Below are positions 17,115 to 26,473 of a stretch of 50,180 nt of DNA, in pieces. A program made the position numbers and the translations under genes. The DNA lies in assembly GCA_028293425.1 (NCBI GenBank), contig JAQGOV010000298.1:1-50180 (forward strand). The letters are read 5' to 3'. The notes beneath the pieces are model-generated. The model worked only from the letters and a program-made list of their open reading frames with translations, was not told the DNA's origin and did not search any database. This DNA comes from Verrucomicrobiales bacterium. Its GTDB lineage: Bacteria > Verrucomicrobiota > Verrucomicrobiia > Limisphaerales > JAQGOV01. Each line of letters begins with the position of its first letter. Within the stretch, counting starts at the first letter, position 1.

Positions 17115-19961
17115 CTAATTCTTTGCGGTTGCCGTTAAGTCTTTCTTGCGAAAGATGATAATATGTTGGCGCGGTAAAACTTCAATCGTTTCGGACCATT
17201 GCAAGGGCAGGGGAGCCATCTCCTTTTTCACCTGCGCTTCGGTCATCTTGTGCAGAGCTTTGATCGGTACTTCGGGATCTTCTCCCCGAAACTCCACAAA
17301 CACTACCCGTCCTCCCGGCTTCAGGCCTTTGACGATATTTTCCATCATCTCGTACGGATGATCGAATTCATGGTACACGTCCACCATCAGCACCGTGTCC
17401 ACTTGCCCCGGTGGCAGCTTGGGATCAGTAATCGTTCCGAGGATCGGTCTCACATTTCGGATCTTCAAGCCGGCCATCGTGTTCGTGAGCAGATCCAGCA
17501 TCTCCGGCTGGATATCCACCGCATAAATGGTCCCTTTCTCACCTGTTTTGGGCGAGAGCTTCCGGCAGAAATACCCCGTGCCCGCGCCAATATCCGCAAT
17601 GACCTCACCCGATTTTATCTTGAGTGAATCCACTAACAAATCTGTTTTCTCCTCTTGTTCCCGCGTCGGCCGCTCCAGCCAGTCAGCACCCTGGTGGCCC
17701 ATCACATGCGCAATTTCCCGGCCCAGGTAGAATTTGCCAATCCCATCACGGCTGTGCTGTTCGCGATGTTCATACTGCGGCCTTGGAGCGGCGGCGATCT
17801 TTTCCTCTACCTTGGCAAGCTGCCAGGCTGGCTTCAGCTCATAAACGTCCAACAAAGTAGCCCGCGCCTCGCCTCCGGATGCCGTTAGCTCAATCGTCCG
17901 GTTGTCTGCTTTCGGCAGTGCATAAATCGGCATGTAAACCAGCCCATCATTTCCAAAGATTTCGATCGAAGCGCGATCCACCAGCATCTGCAAACGAATC
18001 CGCCCCTCCTGCGGTGGCAGAACCGCTTTCTTTCCCTGGCAAGACAGCTCCTTCTTTTTCGCATCATACTCCACCGTTATGCCACGGATTGAGAAAGCGA
18101 TCTTCTCCGCATCCTGCAAGTCGATCTCGGTTCGCAAATCCAATAGCTCGCCGCTCATCTCGGCCAGCGGGTTCTTGTCAGTGCCGATCGCCGCTCCTTT
18201 GCGCGAATAGTGCTTTCCATGCAGGCTTTCGATTTCCTTCACGGGCAGCGCAAACATACGCACTCCCGCCGGTGTGGTGTGCAAGGTGAGTTCGCACGGA
18301 AACGCCATCATCTGGTTGAAAGACATTCCTGGCAGCTTGGCCTGGCCCCACCCGATTTGAATCCGCCGCCCATCCTCCACATCGCTGTAAGTCTGCGCTG
18401 CGTAAAAGCAATTGCCGTAATGACCCTTATGTTTGCCGGATTCCTTCTTGAACTCTTTGCCATCAAAACTCCCGATAATGTAGTCATCATCAGCCGCGGT
18501 TAGCACCCACTTGCGATTCGACGAGTCGCCATCCACGGGCAGCTCGAAAATATCAGGGCACTCAAAAAACCCATCGATTTTGCTCCGGTAAGTCCAGTTT
18601 TTCAGGTTGTCCGACGTGTAAAAAGCAATGGTTCGTTGTTCCTTTGTTCCCTCGGGGCCCTCATCATAAAGCGCCATCACCCAGCTCCGGGTTGGTTCAT
18701 GCCAGGTCAGCTTTGGATCACGGCCGCGATGTTTCACCACCGGGTTCCCAGCATACTCCGTCCAGCTCCGGCCACGATCATTGCTGTAAAGAATGCATTC
18801 CCCGCGTCCCGTGCTCGTGAAAGCTGCCACCAGCACCTCCTCTTTCCCCGTCTTGAACCCGGAGGTGTTTTTCTTATCCACCACTGCGCTGCCGGAAAAT
18901 GCCCAATCCCCGAATCGCTTTGGATAGAGCGCGATCGGCAACTCCTCCCAGTGCACCAAATCCCGGCTCACGGCATGGCCCCAATGCATGTTCCCCCAAT
19001 CCCAGCCATAAGGATTATGTTGATAGTACAAATGATATTCCCCCGCCGAATAGACCAGTCCATTCGGGTCGTTGTTCCAGCCGCGTCTGGAGGAGAAATG
19101 GAATTGCGGACGCAGTTTCTCCCGGTAAAGATCCTCCGCACCGCGAATGGAATCCGCGCACTCGATTCCCTTTAACCCTTCGGAAGTTTCCGGCATGCGG
19201 TCCACTCGCACCTTCAGGTCTTTGCCTTGAAACGCACGCACATCGCTGAATACCCAAAAATCGGGAGCTCCGTCCGCCAGCTCAATCTCAAACTCCCGCA
19301 CGGTCTGGCCATTCGCCAGGTAGCTGACTCTCCGTTTGGGGCCGCGGTTTTTTACTGGCAGGTTCAGGTAAGGATGTTCAATCGCGATGACTCTCTCCGC
19401 ATTTGCCAGGGTCAGGTTGGCCTTGCGCTCGCTCTGCACAATCTGATCCACGTTGATGTGTCCCCAACCCCCGGTTGCGCGATCAACAATCTGAATTATG
19501 GCCGCTTTCCCTCGGAACTCCTTCACATCCCAGGTGTGCCAATCCAGCCGCTCGCTCCCGCCAGCGTGCTCGTTGGGTCCACTCGCGCTCAGGACAGCTT
19601 TCTCATCCACCAGCAGATCGATCCGCAGCTTCTCCGAGTCCTTGCCTCCCCCGACGAGAAAGTTGATGTAGCTCCTCTCAATCTTGAATGGGGCCGAGGT
19701 GAGTGTGCCTGTGCTTTTATCCCCGTGGTAAAATGAGTTTACCATTCCTTTGCCGAGGAAACCATCCACCTGCATCTGCCCTGGCAGCGTTCCCTTGGCC
19801 GGACCCGGCCCAAACGCCTCGCCTGTGGCTTTCCAACTCCCGTAATCAGCTCCCTCAAAATCAGCCACCATGATGTCCGGCAGCTCGGCGCTCCGGCCCA
19901 GGGTAGCAATGCAGCCAAGTAGTGAAAGCGAGGTGACCAAGGCGCGCGCGATTTGCTTCAT
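17115..19961 (-). CDS. Secreted GH32 beta-fructofuranosidase/levanase fused to C-terminal class I SAM-dependent methyltransferase
   Basis: Signal peptide. GH32 motifs WNNDPNG, MHWGHAVS, FSGS, RDP, ECPD, SIEIF. After ~17820: YLGREIAHVMGH…WLER, IADIGAGTGY, AVDIQPEM, VDVYHE. Confidence 0.88.
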   Translation of the reverse strand: MKQIARALVTSLSLLGCIATLGRSAELPDIMVADFEGADYGSWKATGEAFGPGPAKGTLPGQMQVDGFLGKGMVNSFYHGDKSTGTLTSAPFKIERSYINFLVGGGKDSEKLRIDLLVDEKAVLSASGPNEHAGGSERLDWHTWDVKEFRGKAAIIQIVDRATGGWGHINVDQIVQSERKANLTLANAERVIAIEHPYLNLPVKNRGPKRRVSYLANGQTVREFEIELADGAPDFWVFSDVRAFQGKDLKVRVDRMPETSEGLKGIECADSIRGAEDLYREKLRPQFHFSSRRGWNNDPNGLVYSAGEYHLYYQHNPYGWDWGNMHWGHAVSRDLVHWEELPIALYPKRFGDWAFSGSAVVDKKNTSGFKTGKEEVLVAAFTSTGRGECILYSNDRGRSWTEYAGNPVVKHRGRDPKLTWHEPTRSWVMALYDEGPEGTKEQRTIAFYTSDNLKNWTYRSKIDGFFECPDIFELPVDGDSSNRKWVLTAADDDYIIGSFDGKEFKKESGKHKGHYGNCFYAAQTYSDVEDGRRIQIGWGQAKLPGMSFNQMMAFPCELTLHTTPAGVRMFALPVKEIESLHGKHYSRKGAAIGTDKNPLAEMSGELLDLRTEIDLQDAEKIAFSIRGITVEYDAKKKELSCQGKKAVLPPQEGRIRLQMLVDRASIEIFGNDGLVYMPIYALPKADNRTIELTASGGEARATLLDVYELKPAWQLAKVEEKIAAAPRPQYEHREQHSRDGIGKFYLGREIAHVMGHQGADWLERPTREQEEKTDLLVDSLKIKSGEVIADIGAGTGYFCRKLSPKTGEKGTIYAVDIQPEMLDLLTNTMAGLKIRNVRPILGTITDPKLPPGQVDTVLMVDVYHEFDHPYEMMENIVKGLKPGGRVVFVEFRGEDPEVPIKALHKMTEAQVKKEMAPLPLQWSETIEVLPRQHIIIFRKKDLTATAKN

Positions 19962-20123
19962 ATTTTGTTCAACAGCAGACGTTCGGGGACCTCCATCTAT
20001 TCTCTGCCAGCATTCAGAAGATTGCCAGAGTGAAGCGATTCTCCGGCAGGGAGCTGAAGCCCGTAATTAACCCGCTTCTTTTTAACGCGCATTTCCCGGA
20101 GCCATTCGCTATAGTCCTGTCGC

Positions 20124-20612
20124 ATGCGCACCGTGATCTATCCCGGCAGCTTCGATCCGATTACCAATGGCCACATCGATATCATCCAGCGCGCGGCCAA
20201 ACTTTTCGACAAAGTCATTGTCGCTGTCGCCCGCAACGAGTCCAAAAACCCCCTGTTCACCCTCCAGGAGCGTATCGAGCTCGTCAGCGTTTCGGCCAAG
20301 CACTTGCCCAATGTAGTCTGCGACACCTTTGAAGGGTTGCTCGTCAATTATGTGGAAGCCCAAGGCGGCGGGGCGGTAATTCGCGGTTTGCGCGCCATTT
20401 CCGACTTTGAATTTGAATTTCAACTCGCCTTGATGAATCGTAAATTAAATGAACGGGTTGAGACAATTTTCATGATGCCCAAAGACACTTACACCTTCCT
20501 CAGTTCCCGGATCGTTAAAGAAATCGCTGGTTTGGGAGGGGATGTGAGTGCCTTTGTACCCCAGGTGGTACGCACGGCACTTTTGGAAAAGCTCACGAAA
20601 AAGCCTGATTAA
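20124..20612 (+). CDS. coaD: Phosphopantetheine adenylyltransferase
   Basis: YPGSFDPITNGH, IRGLRAISDFEFE, LSSRIVKE. Confidence 0.96.
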   Translation: MRTVIYPGSFDPITNGHIDIIQRAAKLFDKVIVAVARNESKNPLFTLQERIELVSVSAKHLPNVVCDTFEGLLVNYVEAQGGGAVIRGLRAISDFEFEFQLALMNRKLNERVETIFMMPKDTYTFLSSRIVKEIAGLGGDVSAFVPQVVRTALLEKLTKKPD

Positions 20613-20634
20613 CCCGGTAACCTGTAGGTGATTT

Positions 20635-21114
20635 ATGCCATTGCTATTCAACCTCCGCCAGTTGGACATCAAAAACCTTCATCTGAAGGGCGAATTGCCT
20701 TTGGAAGACCTCGATTTAGAACTTACCGATGAGTTGGTTCATGCGAATAAACCACTTATTTACGATTTGGAAGTCCAAAAGCTCGAGGACTCGATTTTGG
20801 TTCAGGGAACGTTAAAGTTGCCTTTAAAGCTCGAATGTGCCCGTTGTTTGAAGGCAATTGAGGGCGCTATCGACCTGCGGGACTGGGCGTGCCACCTTCC
20901 TTTTGAAGGCGAGGACCCAGTCATTATTCTGAATGATTCCGTGGACTTGACGCCTTATATACGGGAAGATATTCTTCTGTCCGTTCCGCAGCATCCGTTG
21001 TGTGAACCTGATTGCAGAGGCCTGGTTAGTCCCCGAAAGGACTTGAAAACTAGCGGGGAGCAGGAGTCGAAGACTTCCGCCGCTTGGGCCGAGTTGAACA
21101 AATTGAAATTTTAA
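20635..21114 (+). CDS. yceD: DUF177/YceD family protein
   Basis: CARCL and LCEPDCRGL motifs, WAELNKLK end; canonical position before rpmF. Confidence 0.88.
   Translation: MPLLFNLRQLDIKNLHLKGELPLEDLDLELTDELVHANKPLIYDLEVQKLEDSILVQGTLKLPLKLECARCLKAIEGAIDLRDWACHLPFEGEDPVIILNDSVDLTPYIREDILLSVPQHPLCEPDCRGLVSPRKDLKTSGEQESKTSAAWAELNKLKF
20947..20975 (+). promoter_or_regulatory. Candidate internal sigma70 promoter for rpmF inside yceD
   Basis: TTGACG-N17-TATTCT. Confidence 0.5.
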
Positions 21115-21123
21115 AGAGAATTT

Positions 21124-21312
21124 ATGGGCGTACCCAAGCGTAAACCGTCAAAAAGTCGTCAACGGCAGCGTCGAGCATACAACAGCGTGCTCAAACTGCC
21201 TCAACTGAGCTCATGCCCGCAATGCGCGGCTCCTTATATCCCGCATCGGGTTTGTCCTGCGTGCGGTACCTATAAAGGTCGGCAGATCCTTTCTGTTACC
21301 GCCGGGGCATAA
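21124..21312 (+). CDS. rpmF: 50S ribosomal protein L32 (Zn-binding form)
   Basis: MGVPKRKPSKSR, CPQC…PHRVCPACGTYKGR. Confidence 0.96.
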   Translation: MGVPKRKPSKSRQRQRRAYNSVLKLPQLSSCPQCAAPYIPHRVCPACGTYKGRQILSVTAGA

Positions 21313-21320
21313 CGAATTTT

Positions 21321-21357
21321 AAGAGCGCGGTTTGAGTTTGTCTCATCTGCGCTCTTT
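21321..21357 (+). terminator. Hairpin between rpmF and plsX
   Basis: aagagcgcgg…tgcgctctt with a short T tract. Confidence 0.6.
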
Positions 21358-21363
21358 CTATTT

Positions 21364-22410
21364 ATGCGAATCGTGGTGGATGTCATGGGTGGCGACCACG
21401 GCTGCGGCGTCGTCATCGATGGGGTCAAGCTGGCCTTGCAGGCCCAGCCGAAAATTACCGCGCTTTACCTTGTCGGTAACCAATCCGAAATTGAAGCTGC
21501 TTTAACCAAGAGCGGCCTTCAGGACTCGCGTCTCCAGATTGTCCATGCCAGCGAAGTGCTGACCATGGAGGACAAGCCTGCCCAAGCCGTTCGGCGCAAG
21601 CGAGATGCTTCCGTTTCCCGCGCCATGGATTTGGTTAAGGAAGGCAAGGCCGACGCTGTCATCTCTCCCGGCAACACCGGTGGCATTATGGCCGCCGCCC
21701 ACCTGAAGCTGCGCACCCTTCCCGGCGTCGATCGACCCGGCATTGCCACTGTCATACCTACCGCCGAGAACGATTTCGTGCTTCTCGACTCCGGGGCGAA
21801 CATCGATTCCAAGCCTATCCACCTCGCCCATTACGCAGTCATGGGTCATGTCTATTCCCGTGAGATGCTCGGCGTCAAATCACCCCGGGTCGGCATCCTC
21901 AGCGTCGGCAGTGAGGAGACCAAAGGTAATGAGCTCACCATCGAAGCTTTCAAGCTTTGCAAGCAACTCAACATCAACTTTATCGGCAACGTCGAAGGTT
22001 ACGACCTCTTTAGAAACCGGGTCGACGTAGTTGTTTGCGACGGCTTTGTCGGGAATATTGTTTTGAAGACGATGGAGGGCATGGCCAAAGGCATTTTTGG
22101 TTGGCTGAAAACAGAATTGAACAGGACCTGGAAACGTAAAATAGGTGGTTTGTTGGCGAAGGATGGCTTCATGGTCCTCAAGCGCCGCATGGACCCGGAA
22201 AACTCGGGGGGCGCGCCTTTATTAGGCTTGAATGGAAACGTCTTCAAAGCGCATGGTTCCTCCCGTGCCAAAGCCATTACGAGCGCAGTACGCATTTCGA
22301 CCGAAACGGTTCAACATCAGATTAATGAAATCATCACCCGTGAGGTGGCCGATGCGAACCAGCGGCTTGAGGCAGCTAAATTGACGTCCCAACCAGTGGC
22401 CGCAGCATGA
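21364..22410 (+). CDS. plsX: Phosphate acyltransferase PlsX
   Basis: VDVMGGD, SPGNTG, LDSGAN, FIGNVEG, CDGFVGNIVLK, KAHGSS. Confidence 0.96.
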   Translation: MRIVVDVMGGDHGCGVVIDGVKLALQAQPKITALYLVGNQSEIEAALTKSGLQDSRLQIVHASEVLTMEDKPAQAVRRKRDASVSRAMDLVKEGKADAVISPGNTGGIMAAAHLKLRTLPGVDRPGIATVIPTAENDFVLLDSGANIDSKPIHLAHYAVMGHVYSREMLGVKSPRVGILSVGSEETKGNELTIEAFKLCKQLNINFIGNVEGYDLFRNRVDVVVCDGFVGNIVLKTMEGMAKGIFGWLKTELNRTWKRKIGGLLAKDGFMVLKRRMDPENSGGAPLLGLNGNVFKAHGSSRAKAITSAVRISTETVQHQINEIITREVADANQRLEAAKLTSQPVAAA

Positions 22411-23438
22411 GAACATCGAAAGGATTCAAAAACCCCCGCGCCCAACACGGCTTTCAAGGCCGCACCTGTTCCATTGTTGGTGTTGGCGCCTATGTTCCCG
22501 AAAAAATCCTGACCAATGCCGAGCTTGAGCGCATGGTCGATACTTCCGACGAATGGATCGTCTCTCGCACTGGCATCAAGGAGCGGCGTCTGGCGGCCGA
22601 AAATGAGACCACTTCAGACATGGCTTCTTTGGCGGCCATGCGTGCCATGCAGAATGCCAACATTACCCCGGACCAAATCGATCTCATCATCGTTGCCACG
22701 CTCACTCCCGACATGATGTTCCCTTCCACGGCGTGCCTCGTGCAGCATAAAATCGGCGCTCGCCGTTCTGCCGCTTTCGACATTGAAGCTGCCTGCTCGG
22801 GGTTCATTTACGCTTTGGAAATCGGCCAGCAATTCATCATGACTCGCACCTATAACACGGTGCTGGTCATTGGGGCTGAGAAGCTTTCCACGATCGTTGA
22901 TTGGACGGACCGGAATACTTGCGTTCTCTTCGGCGATGGCGCCGGAGCCGCCATTCTCCAGCATCGGCCCGATGCCCATGGCCTGCTCACCGCCTGCATG
23001 GGTGCCGAAGGCGACAAGGCTGAACTCCTTTGCATGCCCGGCGGCGGCAGTAAATTCCCGACGACCGCCGAGACCGTTGCCAATCGCCTCCATTACCTGC
23101 GCATGGATGGCAAGGAAACCTACAAGAACGCTGTCACCGCAATGGTGACCGCAGGCCAGGAAGCGCTCCGCCGTTGCGAAATCGATATCAGTCAGATCAA
23201 GTGCATCATCCCGCACCAGGCCAACCGCCGCATCATTGATGCTGTCGCCGACCGCCTCGGTGCCAAGCCCGAGCAGGTCTTTATCAATCTTGAAAAGTAC
23301 GGCAACACCTCCGCCGCGTCCGTGGCTATTGCCTTGGAAGAGGCTGTCCGCACTGAGCGAATCAAGCAAGGCGACCTCGTTCTGCTCGTCGTCTTCGGCG
23401 CAGGCCTTACCTGGGCTGCCGCCGTAATCGAGTGGTAA
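22407..23438 (+). CDS. fabH: 3-oxoacyl-ACP synthase III
   Basis: AACSGF, FGDGAGA, PHQANRRII, YGNTSAAS. Confidence 0.96.
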   Translation: MRTSKGFKNPRAQHGFQGRTCSIVGVGAYVPEKILTNAELERMVDTSDEWIVSRTGIKERRLAAENETTSDMASLAAMRAMQNANITPDQIDLIIVATLTPDMMFPSTACLVQHKIGARRSAAFDIEAACSGFIYALEIGQQFIMTRTYNTVLVIGAEKLSTIVDWTDRNTCVLFGDGAGAAILQHRPDAHGLLTACMGAEGDKAELLCMPGGGSKFPTTAETVANRLHYLRMDGKETYKNAVTAMVTAGQEALRRCEIDISQIKCIIPHQANRRIIDAVADRLGAKPEQVFINLEKYGNTSAASVAIALEEAVRTERIKQGDLVLLVVFGAGLTWAAAVIEW

Positions 23439-23473
23439 ATGCTTGTCCAAAGCCGCATTGGATTCTCCCTTTA

Positions 23474-23501
23474 TTGACCCGTTCAAACTTCGTGTTATAT
23501 T
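23474..23501 (+). promoter_or_regulatory. Candidate sigma70 promoter
   Basis: TTGACC-N16-TATATT with extended -10 TG, 12 nt before ATG 23514. Confidence 0.55.
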
Positions 23502-23513
23502 GTCTTCGATTTT

Positions 23514-23840
23514 ATGAGCGCTCGTAAACTTGAAAATACGGATCTATTTCAGGCATTAACCATTCAGGGGCAGGCCACTCGTTTGGCCCTTCCCGCTGGA
23601 GCGTTCCGTATCCGCAAAAACGGTATTGAGTTTCGCAGCGAGCAACCCATTCCCACCTGGGCGGAAATGACCGTCCTCTTGGAAACCCAATCAGATTCCA
23701 AAAAACTGAACTGCACCGGCGTCGTTGTCGCTTGCAATGGCAATCGCCATTCCGGCTACGTCGTCTCCATGCTCTTCACCAGCCTTTCCCGCCACGCCCA
23801 AGCCCGTTTGAGTTCTTTGGCTTATTCCCCACTAGCCTGA
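23514..23840 (+). CDS. Hypothetical protein, PilZ-like beta-barrel
   Basis: GIEFRS…IP…V.VLL…LNCTGVVVAC…YVVSMLFTSLS resembles the PilZ fold; no RxxxR motif. Confidence 0.5.
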   Translation: MSARKLENTDLFQALTIQGQATRLALPAGAFRIRKNGIEFRSEQPIPTWAEMTVLLETQSDSKKLNCTGVVVACNGNRHSGYVVSMLFTSLSRHAQARLSSLAYSPLA

Positions 23841-23869
23841 TTTCCGGTAGCCTGCTAAGATCCGCGGCC

Positions 23870-24958
23870 ATGGAACTCTTTCATAAAATTTTGAAAGCGG
23901 CCGTTGACGCGGGCGCTTCGGATATCCACATCAAAGTTGGCACCCCTGTTGTTTTTCGGATCAGCAGACAACTAACTGCTATCGAGGCTCCCTATCCTAC
24001 CAACGAGTGGATGGAGGAAGTGGCGAATCTCATTATTCCCAAGCACTTAAAAGCGGCCTTCGACACCGATCGCGAAACCGATTTTTCCTACAAGGTTGAC
24101 GGCATCGGCCGCTTTCGAACCAACGTTTTCCAGCAGCGCGGCGAATTGGCCTTGGTCATGCGATATGTGAAGCACCTGGTTCCCGATTTTCATGCGCTGG
24201 GCTTGCCCGACGTCATCAAGCAAATTGCTGAATCCGCCCGGGGCATCGTCCTGTTGGCTGGCACCACCGGTTCTGGCAAGTCGACCACGCTTGGCGCCAT
24301 GATCGAGCACGTCAATGGCAACTTCCGCAAGCACATCGTTACCCTTGAGGACCCAATCGAATACATGTTCGAAGACAACCAATCGCGTATCGAACAACGC
24401 GAGATTGGGTTGGACACACAATCCTTCGCTCGCGGGCTGAAAAGCGCGCTCCGCCAGGACCCGGACTTGATCATGATTGGCGAAATGCGCGACCCTATTA
24501 CCATGGCCGCCTCCATGAGCGCCGCCGACACTGGCAACCTTGTCTTCTCCACCGTTCACACCACCAATTCATCCCAATCAATCACCCGTATTTTGGACTT
24601 TTTCCGGGCTGACGAACGAGATCAGGTGCGGCGCCAGCTTGCGTCCACTCTCAAGGCGGTTATCTGCCAGCGTATGTGCAAGACCGTTGATGGCGGCATG
24701 ACCCCGGCCTGCGAAATCATGCTTAACACCCCGGTCGTCCGGAAGATGATTGAGGAAAACCGGATTGAAAAATTGCCGGCTGCCATTGAAACCGGGTTCG
24801 ATGACGGCATGCAGGACTTCAACCGAGCCGTGTTTAATCTGGTGCAGGAAGGCCGCATCACCAAAGAGGAAGCCATGCAGAAGGCCGGCAACCCTCAAGC
24901 TCTCGAAATGAATTTCAAGGGTATCTTCCTCTCCTCCGGCAGCAGGATATTGGGTTAA
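23870..24958 (+). CDS. PilT/PilU-family type IV pilus ATPase
   Basis: ASDIHIKVG, RFRTNVF, GTTGSGKSTT, EDPIE, LRQDPD…GEMRD. Start re-set to 23870. Confidence 0.92.
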   Translation: MELFHKILKAAVDAGASDIHIKVGTPVVFRISRQLTAIEAPYPTNEWMEEVANLIIPKHLKAAFDTDRETDFSYKVDGIGRFRTNVFQQRGELALVMRYVKHLVPDFHALGLPDVIKQIAESARGIVLLAGTTGSGKSTTLGAMIEHVNGNFRKHIVTLEDPIEYMFEDNQSRIEQREIGLDTQSFARGLKSALRQDPDLIMIGEMRDPITMAASMSAADTGNLVFSTVHTTNSSQSITRILDFFRADERDQVRRQLASTLKAVICQRMCKTVDGGMTPACEIMLNTPVVRKMIEENRIEKLPAAIETGFDDGMQDFNRAVFNLVQEGRITKEEAMQKAGNPQALEMNFKGIFLSSGSRILG

Positions 24959-25012
24959 TTCCCGCTTTACATTGAAATTTTTAGGATTATTCTCCTGAAA
25001 ACTACTCTTTTT

Positions 25013-25501
25013 ATGCGTTTTGCCTTAGTTGTCGCAGTTGTGGCAGTTGCTGCCTTCACGGGATGCATGGGACCGGAGCGTAAGCTCGGTCGCGGCATCG
25101 CCAACGTTACGGAAGTCGTCCGGCTGGGCGAAGTGCGTCGCTCCATGGAACAGACTGCCATGTGGTATGGGCCGGATGTTTCCTACACCTACGGCTTCAT
25201 TCATGGCATGAACCGCTCCCTGGCTCGCATCGGCCTTGGCGTGGTCGAAACAGTCACGTTCCCCATTCCCCCTTACGACCCGCTTTTCACTCCCACCAGC
25301 CCGGTTTACCCGGACTACTCGGTGCGCAACACCAAGGACTGGGGTGGCATGTTCCTGCAAGCCAATCCTTCCTATCCGGAAAACAACCGGCCCGCGCTGC
25401 TGGAAGACAGCTTGTTTGCCACTGATCGGGCTTTGGGTTTCAGCGGCGGCGATGTAGCCCCCTTCATTCCCGGAAGCCGTTTCCATATCTTCGACAACTA
25501 A
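25013..25501 (+). CDS. Probable lipoprotein, exosortase-system-associated TIGR04073-like
   Basis: Lipobox FTGC; GPERKLGRGIAN, ARIGLGVVETVTFPIP. Confidence 0.65.
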   Translation: MRFALVVAVVAVAAFTGCMGPERKLGRGIANVTEVVRLGEVRRSMEQTAMWYGPDVSYTYGFIHGMNRSLARIGLGVVETVTFPIPPYDPLFTPTSPVYPDYSVRNTKDWGGMFLQANPSYPENNRPALLEDSLFATDRALGFSGGDVAPFIPGSRFHIFDN

Positions 25502-25519
25502 ATTTTCTCGATTTGCATG

Positions 25520-25551
25520 AGGCGCCAACATTCAGTGTTGGCGCCTTTTTT
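25520..25551 (+). terminator. Intrinsic terminator
   Basis: aggcgccaaca-ttcag-tgttggcgcct + TTTTT. Confidence 0.85.
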
Positions 25552-25556
25552 GATCC

Positions 25557-26426
25557 ATGAGCCTCGAAAAACTTTCGCCCTGCAAAGTCAACCTCCTCCT
25601 GAATATCCTGGGAAAGCGGCCGGACGGTTTCCATGCCTTGGAAACTCTGATGCACCCGGTTCAGCTCCACGATCGGCTCACCTTTGCCAAAACTGCTTCG
25701 GGAGTGACCCTGACCTGCAGCGACCCGGGTTTGCCCGGTGATTCCTCCAACCTGGTTTACAAAGCGGCCGTCGCATTTTTTGAACAAGCGGGAATCTCGA
25801 ACGGCGCAACGATTCATCTCGATAAAAAAATCCCCATGGCCGCTGGCTTGGGCGGAGGCAGCGGCAACGCTGCCACCACGCTCTTGGGCCTCAATGAGCT
25901 CTTTGGCCAGCCGCTCACGGTCGACCAGCTTCACCCCATTGCCGCCACCCTCGGCTCGGATATCCCCTTCTTCCTCCAAAGCAAACCCGCCCTCGCGACC
26001 GGACGCGGCGAGCACGTCGAGTCCCTGGAAAATTTCCCAGCGCTGAAGGGCACGGCCTTCTTCCTCATTCACCCCGGCTTCGGAATTGCCACTGCCTGGG
26101 CTTACAAGGAACTGGCCCGCTTTCCCAAAGCGCTCAATGGCCAGGCCGGCCGCGCCCAAACCCTCGTGCAGCTCCTCCAGGAGTCCGACCTCCGCGCCGC
26201 CACAAAAGAGTTCTACAATTCCCTGGAAGCCCCAGCCCTCGAGAAATATCCCATCCTCGCTCTCTACCAGGAATTCCTCCGCGCCGAAGGCGCACTTGCT
26301 ACCCTCATGTCCGGCAGCGGCTCCACCACCTTCGCCATCATGAGCAACATCGAGCAAGCTCAAGATGTTGAGCAGAAATTCCGAGCAAAGTTCGGCCGCT
26401 GCTGGACTGCGGTTGTGCCGGTCTGA
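25557..26426 (+). CDS. ispE: 4-diphosphocytidyl-2-C-methyl-D-erythritol kinase
   Basis: PCKVNLLL, DGFH, KKIPMAAGLGGGSGNAA, GSDIPFF, MSGSGST. Confidence 0.95.
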   Translation: MSLEKLSPCKVNLLLNILGKRPDGFHALETLMHPVQLHDRLTFAKTASGVTLTCSDPGLPGDSSNLVYKAAVAFFEQAGISNGATIHLDKKIPMAAGLGGGSGNAATTLLGLNELFGQPLTVDQLHPIAATLGSDIPFFLQSKPALATGRGEHVESLENFPALKGTAFFLIHPGFGIATAWAYKELARFPKALNGQAGRAQTLVQLLQESDLRAATKEFYNSLEAPALEKYPILALYQEFLRAEGALATLMSGSGSTTFAIMSNIEQAQDVEQKFRAKFGRCWTAVVPV

Positions 26427-26473
26427 AGTGAAGAGTATTCCTCCTGCCGGAATTAGGGAGGAACGCTCGCCCG

